Positions 16,243 to 26,535 of a stretch of 51,351 nucleotides of DNA are shown here, piece by piece. Below the pieces are notes generated by a model, which had not been told where the DNA came from, did no database searches, and saw only the letters and a list, made by a program, of their open reading frames with translations. Where the stretch lies: NCBI GenBank assembly GCA_016765265.1, contig JAESQG010000001.1, positions 1-51,351 of the forward strand. The letters run 5' to 3'. Numbering within the stretch: position 1 is the stretch's first letter; each line of letters opens with the position of its first letter. Made by a program: the position numbers and the translations under genes. The DNA is from Pseudomonadales bacterium (GTDB lineage Bacteria > Pseudomonadota > Gammaproteobacteria > Pseudomonadales > DC-out160).

Positions 16243-17303
16243 ACCCAACCCAAACCATCATGCTCGACCTCACCGAAGTTGGTTCCTTCTGGGATATTGA
16301 TATCACAGGGATGCAGGTCTGGTCGGTGTCGGCGGTGGACAGTGCGGGGTGGGGCGCGGGCGAACTCACCATCACCCGCGTCTTGGACGGCATCGAACTT
16401 CCCTACAGCCCGTCGAAGATTCTTTCTTCCGCAACCCCGCACGCCTATGGGCGAGGCGACGACAATGTTCGTATCTTACGAATCACGGTTTCAACCGAAG
16501 GGACTGGATCTGCCCGAGCAAATATATTTTCCGCGAACGAGAATGAGGCCAAGACTCTTTCCGGCGAACCAATACCAATCGCCGTCGATCAATCTGTTGC
16601 ATTCTCCATCGACCTCACGAATGCGGGCGACCACTTCGATCTCGATATCAGCACTGTTGGGTCATGGATGTCTGCGGCCAACACCGCGTCGTGGGGCTCG
16701 GCGGTTGTTGAGATTCGACGGCTCATAGGCGGGGTTGAAAACCCGTACCCAACGACCAAAGAACTGACCTCGACCGCCCAGACATCCAACGAGGAAAGCG
16801 ACGGAAACACACCAAGTGTCCGGTTTGTTGTGACCACATCCGATGCGAATGCGGGGTCTGGCAGGATTGCGATCTATGGATCAAAGAGCAGGCGTTCGGT
16901 TGACAAGTGGGATGGTGTTGCCTGCATCTTCGCCGAGGAAGGATCAAACCTTTCGACTGCGACGGCGGGTGGATTTCAATGGTCCTATGGCAATGGCGAT
17001 ACAGCCGATGGGTTCGGAATATCTCCACCATTTGACTATGAAATCTTGGCAATGAGTTTGTCGGTTCGATCAAACTCTGCAGGAACGGCAACGGTCGCTG
17101 TTTACTCAGGATCAAGCACTGACACAACATCGTCGGCAACAGGCGTGACCGTATCGCTTGCGTCGGGCCAAAGGAACAGCCTCACGGTTATTGACAACCC
17201 GGTTCAAGGGAACAGGGGTGACTGGATCACATTTAGGACAACCGCATCCGCGGGCGGAGCAATCAACGGCGGTCGTGTATCAACATGGATTCGACCAAGA
17301 TAA
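16239..17303 (+). CDS. Hypothetical tail protein with an internal tandem domain duplication
   Basis: Two similar ~90-aa segments (FWDIDITGMQVWSVSAVDSAGWGAGELTITRVLDGIELPY versus HFDLDISTVGSWMSAANTASWGSAVVEIRRLIGGVENPY). Confidence 0.55.
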   Translation: MNPTQTIMLDLTEVGSFWDIDITGMQVWSVSAVDSAGWGAGELTITRVLDGIELPYSPSKILSSATPHAYGRGDDNVRILRITVSTEGTGSARANIFSANENEAKTLSGEPIPIAVDQSVAFSIDLTNAGDHFDLDISTVGSWMSAANTASWGSAVVEIRRLIGGVENPYPTTKELTSTAQTSNEESDGNTPSVRFVVTTSDANAGSGRIAIYGSKSRRSVDKWDGVACIFAEEGSNLSTATAGGFQWSYGNGDTADGFGISPPFDYEILAMSLSVRSNSAGTATVAVYSGSSTDTTSSATGVTVSLASGQRNSLTVIDNPVQGNRGDWITFRTTASAGGAINGGRVSTWIRPR

Positions 17304-17315
17304 AGGAAGCATACA

Positions 17316-18155
17316 ATGGCAGAAATACTTATTTGGACAGGCGCAGTAGACGGCGATTACGCGAACGCAAGCAACTGGATCGACGACGCAACCGGCGTTG
17401 CTTCGCTCACATCGCCCGTCGCAACGGACACGATCATCTTTGATCGAGGCAATGTCAATGTTGACACCAACCTCAGCCCATCGGGAACCCTTGCCAAGAT
17501 CGTCGGCACCAACGGGTACGCCGGGATCGTTGCTCCGGGCAGCGTGCTTACGGTTCCGGCGGACGATATCGAATGGGCGGCGGGCTCGATCAATCACTCG
17601 GGCAGCGTGTCCGGGTTCTCCAAGTGGGCACCACGGCAGGGCACGGTCGCCAATATCAACGGCGGCACACACGCCAACCTTGTGCTTCAACGGGCCTCGG
17701 CCAATATCGCGGCTGCAACCGTTGTCACAAACGCCTTCATCGACGGCGGCACGGTCAATATCCTTGACAACGCGACCGACATAACCTCGGTGAGTATTCG
17801 CGGCAACGCCCGTGTTTCATCGGCTCGGGATGCCAAGTACGATATTGGCGCACAATCAATCCTCACCGCCAAAGAGGGGTGTACGCTCAATACTGGCACG
17901 GTCATCCAAGACGGCGGTATGATAAAATACCTCTCGGCGGAAACGATTGCGGATCTTCTTGTGAGCCCAAACGGGATGTTCGACGCGAGCCAGAGTTCAC
18001 GAACATTCACACTCACCTTGCTCAATCGCTGGCTCAACGCTCGGATCAACCTGTTCACCAAGAGCGGGCCGGTCACGCCGGGTACGGAGAATGTGTACGG
18101 GATCGGCGGATACTCTGTATCAGAGTCTCCATTGAGCCCATCCGCACCGATCTAA
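17316..18155 (+). CDS. Tail fibre/spike-like protein (beta-solenoid-like composition)
   Basis: 279 aa, rich in G/N/T/S/V with short repeats (GTVANINGG, GGTVNILDN). Confidence 0.5.
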   Translation: MAEILIWTGAVDGDYANASNWIDDATGVASLTSPVATDTIIFDRGNVNVDTNLSPSGTLAKIVGTNGYAGIVAPGSVLTVPADDIEWAAGSINHSGSVSGFSKWAPRQGTVANINGGTHANLVLQRASANIAAATVVTNAFIDGGTVNILDNATDITSVSIRGNARVSSARDAKYDIGAQSILTAKEGCTLNTGTVIQDGGMIKYLSAETIADLLVSPNGMFDASQSSRTFTLTLLNRWLNARINLFTKSGPVTPGTENVYGIGGYSVSESPLSPSAPI

Positions 18156-19901
18156 ATGAATGAACCGCTTGCCAAACAACTCGACGACGGGACTTGGGTT
18201 GCGATAGCAAACCGTCTCGACGACGGAACAATCGCACCCGTTATGGTGGGGGATTGTTGTTGTGATGAGATACCAACGGTCGGGTGCTACCTTGACGATT
18301 GCGCACACACACATAGGCCGAACTGTGTGGGTGTGATACTCTCTAGATTTGAGCCGAACATTGGCGCGTCAACATTCGGCCCGGTTGGGTTTTTACAGTC
18401 GGTGTCAAAGAGCCTAAACGGTGTTCATAACCTTCGGTACCTCAGTAGTGGAGGCGTTTTTGCGGACCCAGACAATGGCGATTTTCGAGTTGTGGTCACG
18501 CATGATTATGAAATCGTAAAGAATAACTACTTCCAAACAACACACTACAACAGCATATTTGATGTGACCACGATTCTCAATCACGACCTGATAATCACCG
18601 TTACTCTCGCGTGTTCTTCTTTCAACTCTTCGACAGACAACTACCTTGGCGTGAGAAGCATTGGCGTTTTTGTCACAACTGATGAGTTCTTCATACCAGA
18701 CGGAGTTGAGTTTGGATTCCAGTACGATGATCCTGATCCAAGTTCGCTCCCGCTATTCAACGAATACGACGACAGCACAGTTTTCCCTTCCGGTTTTTAC
18801 TTCATACCGGGAAAAACTACACCGCTCCCCCGCTATGCGTGTCCCGGAGAACCATTCACCGATCATGTGAATGTCGCTTTGTGCGATGGTGGTTCGACCG
18901 TCATAAAATCGGGGCCTGACAATAATCCAAACAACGACCAGTTCGTAAACACCGGAAGCGGTCTTTGTGTAGTTGGAAGAATCACGGGCCAATCCCAATC
19001 TCCAAGAAAAACACACGCCGATGCGAATCTCAATGGCGCACAGTTTACAGACCAAGATCCGTGCCCCGGTAACTCTTGCGCAACACCAAACGACATACCG
19101 TGTAACGATGTCCCGATCGTCTATGCTGTAAACTGCACGAACAGCCAAGACAAAATACCCATCTCCATCAACGAGATTGGGGATGCGGCAACGGTTGAGT
19201 ATCAGGGGTCGATCTACCGGGTCACTGGGCAACAAGTTCGCCTTGAGCCATTCACGGTCACCCCAAGCGATCAAGAATGCGGTGAGCCGGAATCACCAAT
19301 CCGGCTCGCCTATCCCTGTGGCGGCGGCACCCCTATCACATATGACGAAAGCGATTTCGTCGCAGGCTCACTCACCGGCGAGTATCAGGGCGTTTTCTAT
19401 GAGCCGTCAACCGATCCATCAACCGATCCCCCTGTCCAACTCGCATGGTCTACTGAACCCTGTCAGGTTGCTACCCGCTACATAGCCAACGCCTGCGACG
19501 GAACACTCACACACGCCTACGAACTCACGCCCGGCATGAACCCCGGCGAGGGCATTGTCTGGCATGTCACCGCTCAGCCCACTGCATTTGCCCCCGATTG
19601 CGTGCGAGGGATCAAACTGCAATGCACCGCCGACATTGCCCCTGATGGGATGCTGCCCGCCACTAATGCCCAAGAGGCGGGTGCGTGCGGCGACGGTCCC
19701 GACGGTTTTGAGAATTTGTGCGAGGGCCTTGGTGACACTGGGCCGGGACCGACAGGGCCGTTCGCCACCGCAGGACCCGGCCTTGGCGATATAACGGCAC
19801 GCATCATCAGGGCCGCAACGCTTGGAAAAATCAAACCATGCAAGGGCTGCCAGCGTCGCCAAGCGGCACTCAACAAGATCAGGCTTGGCAAACGACGGTA
19901 G
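18156..19901 (+). CDS. Cys-rich virion/tail protein
   Basis: 581 aa with numerous Cys (CCCDEIPTVGCYLDDCAHTHRPNC ...) and a basic C-terminal tail KPCKGCQRRQAALNKIRLGKRR. Confidence 0.55.
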   Translation: MNEPLAKQLDDGTWVAIANRLDDGTIAPVMVGDCCCDEIPTVGCYLDDCAHTHRPNCVGVILSRFEPNIGASTFGPVGFLQSVSKSLNGVHNLRYLSSGGVFADPDNGDFRVVVTHDYEIVKNNYFQTTHYNSIFDVTTILNHDLIITVTLACSSFNSSTDNYLGVRSIGVFVTTDEFFIPDGVEFGFQYDDPDPSSLPLFNEYDDSTVFPSGFYFIPGKTTPLPRYACPGEPFTDHVNVALCDGGSTVIKSGPDNNPNNDQFVNTGSGLCVVGRITGQSQSPRKTHADANLNGAQFTDQDPCPGNSCATPNDIPCNDVPIVYAVNCTNSQDKIPISINEIGDAATVEYQGSIYRVTGQQVRLEPFTVTPSDQECGEPESPIRLAYPCGGGTPITYDESDFVAGSLTGEYQGVFYEPSTDPSTDPPVQLAWSTEPCQVATRYIANACDGTLTHAYELTPGMNPGEGIVWHVTAQPTAFAPDCVRGIKLQCTADIAPDGMLPATNAQEAGACGDGPDGFENLCEGLGDTGPGPTGPFATAGPGLGDITARIIRAATLGKIKPCKGCQRRQAALNKIRLGKRR

Positions 19902-19937
19902 TTTGTGTATACTAGCATAATGAAATAGGAGCCTACT

Positions 19938-21572
19938 ATGGCAAAGCAACGCTTCGAGAATCCCTCAGATCCATCTCAAACCATCCCTGTCGGTGGTCAA
20001 CCCCGAACAGCGGCCAGCCAGCGGTCTATTCTCGCTCGGCAACGCAAGGCGGCGGACAAGAAGAAGCGGGATCAACTCGCCGATACAGCCAATCCACGGA
20101 CGGTTGATCGCGGCCAACTCGCAGAAACCAATCGTCGCCAGCGGAAGAAGATCAAGGACAATCTTGCCACCCGGCTTGACCGATCCCGGCTCATCTCTCG
20201 CCTCGAACAATCTGGAGATATCGAGGGTGCCAACCGGCTCCGCGCACAAAGCCGTGCCGAAAAAGGCCAGTCTGATATCGACAAACGCCAAGTGTCCCGC
20301 GAGTCACGCTTGTTCCGAACCGGCGCAGGCGATCTCCCCGTCGAACAGCAACGGGAAAATCTCGGCAACCTCAACCGGCAGAAGTTTGATATCCTCAACG
20401 CTCAGGGCAAGCAACTCGTCATCCAACTCAAGGATGCTGTTGACCCCGAGGAAAAGCGTCAGATCGCCGAACGACTCCAGCAAGTCACGGCCCAACTCAA
20501 CGAGCCAATCCCGTTCCAAGAACGAACGCCACGGATACCAACCGACGAAGATGAATCAGTGCGGCAAAGAATCCTTGGACGACAAGGACAGGCGGCGGTC
20601 AACAAGCAACTTGAAGATCAACGGTTCTTGACGGGGGCAACGGTCGCGTCCGCTGGACAGCAAGCACGGCTCAACGAAGCACAGTCACGCCTCACTGAAT
20701 CCAGCCTTGCCGCCGACCTTGGACAATCCACTCGGGATGCAAGATTCGAGGCGGGACAGGCGGGTGTTGAAGAACAAAACACAAGGGCACAGATTGCCCT
20801 CAATCAAGCACGCGCCGATGCTGAAAATCAGCCGGGGAATATCGCGGCACAACAGAACTTGCTCAAGGCCGAGAACGATGCGAGAATCGCACAAGCCAAC
20901 GCAGCAGGTGGAGAAGCAGGGCGAGCAGAACGCCGTGGCGCAGCGGGCGAAGAAGGCCAGTTGGACATTGATCGGGCTGTAGAACAACGGCTTCTTGAAG
21001 AAGAAGGCGGGCTGGTTGCACAAAAACAACAATCAACCATCGCACAACAAGCAGAAGAATCAGGCTTCCCGTCTACACAGGAGGGTGTAAATGAGTTTAT
21101 TGAGTTTTCCGACAAGCCTGCGGACAGCCTTGCATCAATCCGTGGAAAATCCGTAAGCAGCGAGACTGAAAAAACACTCGACAGTACCATAGACACAATC
21201 AATATCGGGCTAAGAACGATTCCAAAAATCAAGCAGGCTGGTTATGCAAAACAAATCCTTGCCAGAATACAAGAGAACTCGGGTGGAGAAGGCTTTGACA
21301 TCTCAAGCCCTAGGTTTGAGTCAACAGGATTACAGTTGAGAGCCGGATCGTTCATACCCGACTTTTTCCGAGTAGAAAACGCAGGCGATATCCCGACAGA
21401 AAAAGAACTCCGATCAACGATAGATCCAAACACAGGAAGAAACTATACCGCTGGTCGATCTGGGTCGGCGGCGCGTGAACGAACAAGGCTTGAAAACACT
21501 CAAAAAGTCACACGGAAATACAGGCTGATTATTGCTCGGTTGCAGAAAATCGCCAACGAAACACCAGCATAA
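19938..21572 (+). CDS. Highly charged Q/R/E/A-rich protein, probably long alpha-helical (internal/ejection protein candidate)
   Basis: AGGAG lies before the ATG. 544 aa of low-complexity charged sequence, immediately upstream of the 1637-aa ORF. Confidence 0.55.
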   Translation: MAKQRFENPSDPSQTIPVGGQPRTAASQRSILARQRKAADKKKRDQLADTANPRTVDRGQLAETNRRQRKKIKDNLATRLDRSRLISRLEQSGDIEGANRLRAQSRAEKGQSDIDKRQVSRESRLFRTGAGDLPVEQQRENLGNLNRQKFDILNAQGKQLVIQLKDAVDPEEKRQIAERLQQVTAQLNEPIPFQERTPRIPTDEDESVRQRILGRQGQAAVNKQLEDQRFLTGATVASAGQQARLNEAQSRLTESSLAADLGQSTRDARFEAGQAGVEEQNTRAQIALNQARADAENQPGNIAAQQNLLKAENDARIAQANAAGGEAGRAERRGAAGEEGQLDIDRAVEQRLLEEEGGLVAQKQQSTIAQQAEESGFPSTQEGVNEFIEFSDKPADSLASIRGKSVSSETEKTLDSTIDTINIGLRTIPKIKQAGYAKQILARIQENSGGEGFDISSPRFESTGLQLRAGSFIPDFFRVENAGDIPTEKELRSTIDPNTGRNYTAGRSGSAARERTRLENTQKVTRKYRLIIARLQKIANETPA

Positions 21573-24500
21573 ATGACCTCCCTCATCTCCCAAGCCCCGA
21601 CCGTGCTAAGCCAAGCACCCCGCATTGTCCGCCCAGCAGCGACAACGGTTCTTGCACAGACGGACACCGAGAGAGAGCAACGAAAACACCTCAACCGAAT
21701 CCGGCTAGATTCGGCGATCGAACTCAACCGAGCCAACACGCCAAAGGATGTTTCCGATCAGCGTGTCGCGCCACGGTATTCCATCAGGGAAACCAACGAA
21801 CTATCCAGTGACCAGATCCGTTCCCGGCTTGCCCAGATAAATCGGCGTGATACGAGACCAGGCATTATGAAGGTTCTGGATATCATCGACATGCCACGCA
21901 ATGTGGTGCAGAACATGATCGCTGATATCTTCTTGCCAGAGGCCAAGCGTGCCGCAATCGAACGCGGCGAGTTTGACCAATCGGGAAGTGTCAAGATATT
22001 CGGTGGCGATATATTGCGTGCAATGGGATTCGAGAACAGGTTTGTCAACGCCATTGCCGGGTTCGGTATCGACATTGTGACCGACCCTCTTTCGTTCATC
22101 GGCGCACCGCTCGGCGGGGCGAAGATCGCAGCAACCAAAGGGGCATCCTTTGTCATCACCAAGACGGGCAAGAAGCAACTGCGCAAGGGTATTTCCAGAG
22201 TTGCCAAGGGCGAGAGCCTTGATGGTCTTGCACCCGAAGTTGCACGGCGCATCCAGGCATCCATTGCGACCTCGCCAAAGGTTCTCAATCCGAGAGAGCA
22301 GGCCGAGTTCGCATCCAAGGAAATCTTTGGTGAATCAGGGCGGCTCAGTAAGATCGCCGACAAGTTTGGGCTCGGGATCTCGACCAAGGGCAGTGGGATC
22401 GCCGACGACCTGATCGAAGTCACCGACGAAACCGGACGGCGAGTACTCTCCAAGACAAACGAGATTGTTGATAGCCCGCTTGTCGCCAACCGGATCAACG
22501 CGAGCAAAGACTTTGTAGACAAGTTCACCACACTCCCCGGCATTGATCTGACCAAGGGTGCAGGTGGGGCGACGCTTGCTCATATCCCATTCACCCAACT
22601 CTCACTGACCACCCCACAGATCCGCGTTGGCGCGATCAATCTCGGGCACGCTCAGGTTGTTCAGCGGGCACTTGCCAAGGCCAGGACCGGGAACCTCAAT
22701 GGCGGTGCGGTCATTGTTGCGGCCAAAAACGCCACTGACGGGGCGACACGGATTGCGCAGCGGATGGAGCAGTTGACAAACTCAGCGATTGCCAAGAGTG
22801 AAGAAGCACTCGCCGAAGCAAACCCAGTTTCCAGAGAAACATTCGAGATCGAACGGCTACTGATCGACGATGAAATCACTAAACTGGTCGCCGAGATTGA
22901 CGAAATCAAGGCACAACGGGTTGGCGGGATCGCCATTGACGATGAGGCCGATACGATTGTTGAGTTTCAAGGCCGAATACTTGATTCGTTTGATGCTGCG
23001 AAGAATGGCAGTGGATCACTCGAAGGCGGCGAGAGCCTTGGCGACATGATCGCGTCGGCGGCGTACACACGCAACGCGGTTGCCAATCTCCGACTCGCCG
23101 AGGCACACCGCAAGTTTTCAGACCTTAGTACGGCGGCAAACAGAATATCGAGCGAAGATGTTGTCAATATCAACAGTAAGCGGGAAAGTCTGCGGCTCCA
23201 ACTTGCACGAAAACTCGATCTCGCACCCGACGATGCGTTTGACGAAGTGATTGACGCGGCACGACAAGACGATGCCATGCTCAAGATCATCGCGGTTCAC
23301 CAGCAGCGGGCGGGCGAAAAGTACGGACGGTTCCTTGATCTTGCCGAATCCGATTTGGACAACGCCGAGGCAACCGCAGACGCATTCGGCGAGGTGGTCA
23401 GTGGCGCGGCAGAGGTGGCGTTCCATTCTGGCAAGGCGACCCGCGAGTTTATGGGCTCAGAGGCGAGATTGATGTCCGATGTTGCCAAGAAGATTCTCCG
23501 TCTGGACGCGGGCGAGATGGGTGATATGCCGTTCACCAAGATCGGCGACATGCTGCGAACTATTGGCGTGGTTGATGGAGATCAGATTCTCTCTGAGATC
23601 GGGTTCCGAACCGCTGTCAACTTTGGCGGTGTTGGCGGCGTGGTTGCTGCACGCATGGCCGCACACCGTCGGGCCGTCACAGGTGCCGAGGATGTTGGTG
23701 GCGCAATGGCCGAACAATGGCGGCGAGGGCAAGGGCGATTCAAGGATATTGGGCTCGACAGTATTGCAACCAAACGGAATATCCCAAGCGAGAACTATGA
23801 CACGCTTCGAGAGTTGATCTCGTTGCAAGTTGAGGCTCTTGGAAAGACGCGGGCGGGACAGAAGCAGCTTGTGTACAATATCGGTGACGGATCTTTCCTT
23901 GGCGGGATTATGAAGCGAGCCAAGGAAGGAAAAATGCTCCGTCAACAGAACCCCGAACTGTGGGAAGATATCGACCAATCGGCCAATGCAATCCTTGATC
24001 TGTTCGAGGAAATCGGGGTCAACAAAGTACGCCGGGGCGATCTCACCACCGCAGGAACCGGCTATGTCGGTGTGGCTCTGAAAAAAGAGGGTGCCGATAA
24101 GGTGCGGGCCGTCCATCGGGCGAGCAGCATCAAGAACACCGACACCGAACAACTCATCGGATCGCTCGTCAATGTCACTGATGCGCGAGGCTCGAACATG
24201 ATCGAGTTTACAGATGCCAATGGGATCGACCATGCGTTCTCGCTCAACGATATGGATATCGCAAGGGCCACCGCTGCGGATGCCGACACCTTCGCAAAGA
24301 TCCAGATCGAGAACCCATCGCTTGCGGCCAAAATTGATGCGATCAATGAATCGGTGCTGGAATCGCACGACAACTTTGGCATCCCGCTCGGAACCGGCGA
24401 CGACACCGACGACCTGTTCCGCAATGTCAGCCGTCCGGTCACTCCGGGCGAACTCAACCAAATGGCATCCAACGGCGATCTGAACCTACTGCAATCGTTT

Positions 24501-26486
24501 GTGGGCGGCGATCTTGTGGACACCATGCGGATCTATGAGACAGATCCAGCGGTATTGATTCAGCAAGCGGTTCGTTCAGACAGAATCGCCGAGGCTAAAG
24601 CGGGGTTCAATGATGCGATCAGCCCATTCGTTGTTGCCAAGGTTCCTGATCCAGAAAATGCACTCAAGATCGGCGACAAAGCAAGGCTCGCAGACGGTTC
24701 AACGATGGAACTCATCAGCCCAAACCGATTCAAGGCGGGCGATGGGCGGATCTACCGCAAGATCGACCCCAACGCAATCGACTCGACCTCACTGTTCCTC
24801 CCCGCACAAATGATGGACGACGCGAAGTATGAGAGCCTTCTGCCCGAAGCGTTGGCAACCCAACTCGAACGCATGAATCAAACACTCAATCCAGAGGGGT
24901 TGAAGGGTGTGATGAAACTCGCATCCAAGATTACGAGTTTGTTCCGAACCAGCACGCTCTTGCACCCGTCGTGGATGGTGGCGAACGGTATGGGCAACGC
25001 CCTGCTTGCGGTGATGGATGACCCCGAACTACTGACCAATCCCGCGAGGGCGGTCCAATACATGCGGCACTTCAAGAACGCTTTGAGGATCGAGATGCAC
25101 AAGAACTTCAACGGGGCCGGTCCCGTTGGTGGTAAAGTGTTCAAGACCACGCAGAAGATTGGGCTCGGTCCAGACGATTTGATCCCGATCACTGGACGAG
25201 ATCAGCGGGTCGGCGATCTGCTTGTGCAAGCGAACCTCACCGGGCTCGACAACGCGGCCCAGGCTGGCGACGCTCAGCAAGCACTCCACCAAACAACCAA
25301 TCTCCGAGCACCGCTCGATACCTCCGCTGGCGCGTCAAAGGGATTTCTTGGCCCATTCAAGGATCGAACCGCTCGCAACAAGGCTAATCTGGAAAACAGG
25401 CGGGGAACCGTCGCTGCTGGGCCGCTGGTTGAAGGCATCGAAACCACACGCGCCATTGCGGGTGCTGCCAAGACCAACATACTCAACAAGGCAATGCGGG
25501 CGTGGTTCGCGGCCAACGGCTCAGTGGACAATACTTTCCGGCTGACCCAATACCTGATGAAACTCGACGACGGCATGGATGCAGTATCGGCGGCACAGGC
25601 ATCTCAGCGGGCCATGCTCAACTTTGGCGATATGTCACAGTTCGAGACCAATGTGATCCGCCCACTCATCCCGTTCTACTCATGGATGCGTGCATCGCTG
25701 CCAAACTTCCTCATGCGATCATTGAGGGACCCAAAACAGATAGCGTCCACGCCCAAGCTGATAAACGCTATGGAAGAACTGTTTGCCGGCGAGGATCGCC
25801 TGCCCCGACACGAACGCCCTCGTTGGCTCCAGAGCCAGTTGGCTGTTCAGGTCGGCACGAACCCGGAATCCATCTCATCGCTCGGCGTAGGTACGCTGTT
25901 GCCACAGGAGGGGGCGTTGCAGGTTGCGTCGGGAGTGGCGGGGTTGGTCGGCATCTCAGACTTCAACGGGCGGGACTTCATGGACTCGATCAACTGGCTA
26001 TTTGGACAGACAAGCCCGGTTGTCAAGGCCCCAGCCGAACTCGGGTTTGGACGCGAGGCGTTCACAAACCGTACGATTGGGAGTAAGAGCGAGGGGGCAG
26101 ACCTTTCACTCAAAGAATACGCATTTGGCCAAGTTAGGCTTCTCAAGGAGTTTGGTGTTGGTCAAGAACGAATCGGACCCGTACAGCGGGCGGCAGCACA
26201 AGGCTCCGGCGCACTGGCCGCGAGAGGCTTGATTGGCGGTCGATTCAGCCAAGGGCTCAGCGAGGATAACCGCCTGACCTCGTTCTTCTTCGAGTTGAAA
26301 GAGCGCGAAGGAAACCTTAGAAAGACAATCCGCAAGGCTGAAAAGAGAGGCGATGACAAAAGTGTGGTAAGATTCAAGGAAGAACTGCTTGCCACATACG
26401 CCGACTACCTCAACAAAGGGGGTGATCCAAAGGATGTTCCCAAATGGGCAAGAGAAGATTTGGCAGGATTCGGATTTGGCGCGTAA
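21573..26486 (+). CDS. Giant virion protein (1637 aa; internal/ejection or tail-needle-complex candidate)
   Basis: An uninterrupted 4.9-kb ORF whose start abuts the previous stop (TAAATG). No catalytic motif recognised by eye. Confidence 0.7.
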   Translation: MTSLISQAPTVLSQAPRIVRPAATTVLAQTDTEREQRKHLNRIRLDSAIELNRANTPKDVSDQRVAPRYSIRETNELSSDQIRSRLAQINRRDTRPGIMKVLDIIDMPRNVVQNMIADIFLPEAKRAAIERGEFDQSGSVKIFGGDILRAMGFENRFVNAIAGFGIDIVTDPLSFIGAPLGGAKIAATKGASFVITKTGKKQLRKGISRVAKGESLDGLAPEVARRIQASIATSPKVLNPREQAEFASKEIFGESGRLSKIADKFGLGISTKGSGIADDLIEVTDETGRRVLSKTNEIVDSPLVANRINASKDFVDKFTTLPGIDLTKGAGGATLAHIPFTQLSLTTPQIRVGAINLGHAQVVQRALAKARTGNLNGGAVIVAAKNATDGATRIAQRMEQLTNSAIAKSEEALAEANPVSRETFEIERLLIDDEITKLVAEIDEIKAQRVGGIAIDDEADTIVEFQGRILDSFDAAKNGSGSLEGGESLGDMIASAAYTRNAVANLRLAEAHRKFSDLSTAANRISSEDVVNINSKRESLRLQLARKLDLAPDDAFDEVIDAARQDDAMLKIIAVHQQRAGEKYGRFLDLAESDLDNAEATADAFGEVVSGAAEVAFHSGKATREFMGSEARLMSDVAKKILRLDAGEMGDMPFTKIGDMLRTIGVVDGDQILSEIGFRTAVNFGGVGGVVAARMAAHRRAVTGAEDVGGAMAEQWRRGQGRFKDIGLDSIATKRNIPSENYDTLRELISLQVEALGKTRAGQKQLVYNIGDGSFLGGIMKRAKEGKMLRQQNPELWEDIDQSANAILDLFEEIGVNKVRRGDLTTAGTGYVGVALKKEGADKVRAVHRASSIKNTDTEQLIGSLVNVTDARGSNMIEFTDANGIDHAFSLNDMDIARATAADADTFAKIQIENPSLAAKIDAINESVLESHDNFGIPLGTGDDTDDLFRNVSRPVTPGELNQMASNGDLNLLQSFVGGDLVDTMRIYETDPAVLIQQAVRSDRIAEAKAGFNDAISPFVVAKVPDPENALKIGDKARLADGSTMELISPNRFKAGDGRIYRKIDPNAIDSTSLFLPAQMMDDAKYESLLPEALATQLERMNQTLNPEGLKGVMKLASKITSLFRTSTLLHPSWMVANGMGNALLAVMDDPELLTNPARAVQYMRHFKNALRIEMHKNFNGAGPVGGKVFKTTQKIGLGPDDLIPITGRDQRVGDLLVQANLTGLDNAAQAGDAQQALHQTTNLRAPLDTSAGASKGFLGPFKDRTARNKANLENRRGTVAAGPLVEGIETTRAIAGAAKTNILNKAMRAWFAANGSVDNTFRLTQYLMKLDDGMDAVSAAQASQRAMLNFGDMSQFETNVIRPLIPFYSWMRASLPNFLMRSLRDPKQIASTPKLINAMEELFAGEDRLPRHERPRWLQSQLAVQVGTNPESISSLGVGTLLPQEGALQVASGVAGLVGISDFNGRDFMDSINWLFGQTSPVVKAPAELGFGREAFTNRTIGSKSEGADLSLKEYAFGQVRLLKEFGVGQERIGPVQRAAAQGSGALAARGLIGGRFSQGLSEDNRLTSFFFELKEREGNLRKTIRKAEKRGDDKSVVRFKEELLATYADYLNKGGDPKDVPKWAREDLAGFGFGA

Positions 26487-26510
26487 AAGTTTTACAAGAT
26501 AAACCGCGAT
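26481..26510 (+). promoter_or_regulatory. Copy C of the three-copy motif (GTAAAA-G-TTTTAC plus ATAAACCGCGAT)
   Basis: gcgtaaaagttttacaagataaaccgcgat overlaps the stop codon of the giant ORF and lies 26 nt before the next ATG. Confidence 0.5.
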
Positions 26511-26535
26511 TAGACTAAGAAACAAAGGATAATCA

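Noticed and set aside
21758-24461. Antisense ORFs of 265 aa and 334 aa inside the 1637-aa gene
   Set aside because: These are typical shadow ORFs on the opposite strand of a long GC-biased gene, with no start context or motifs, and are fully contained in a much longer ORF.
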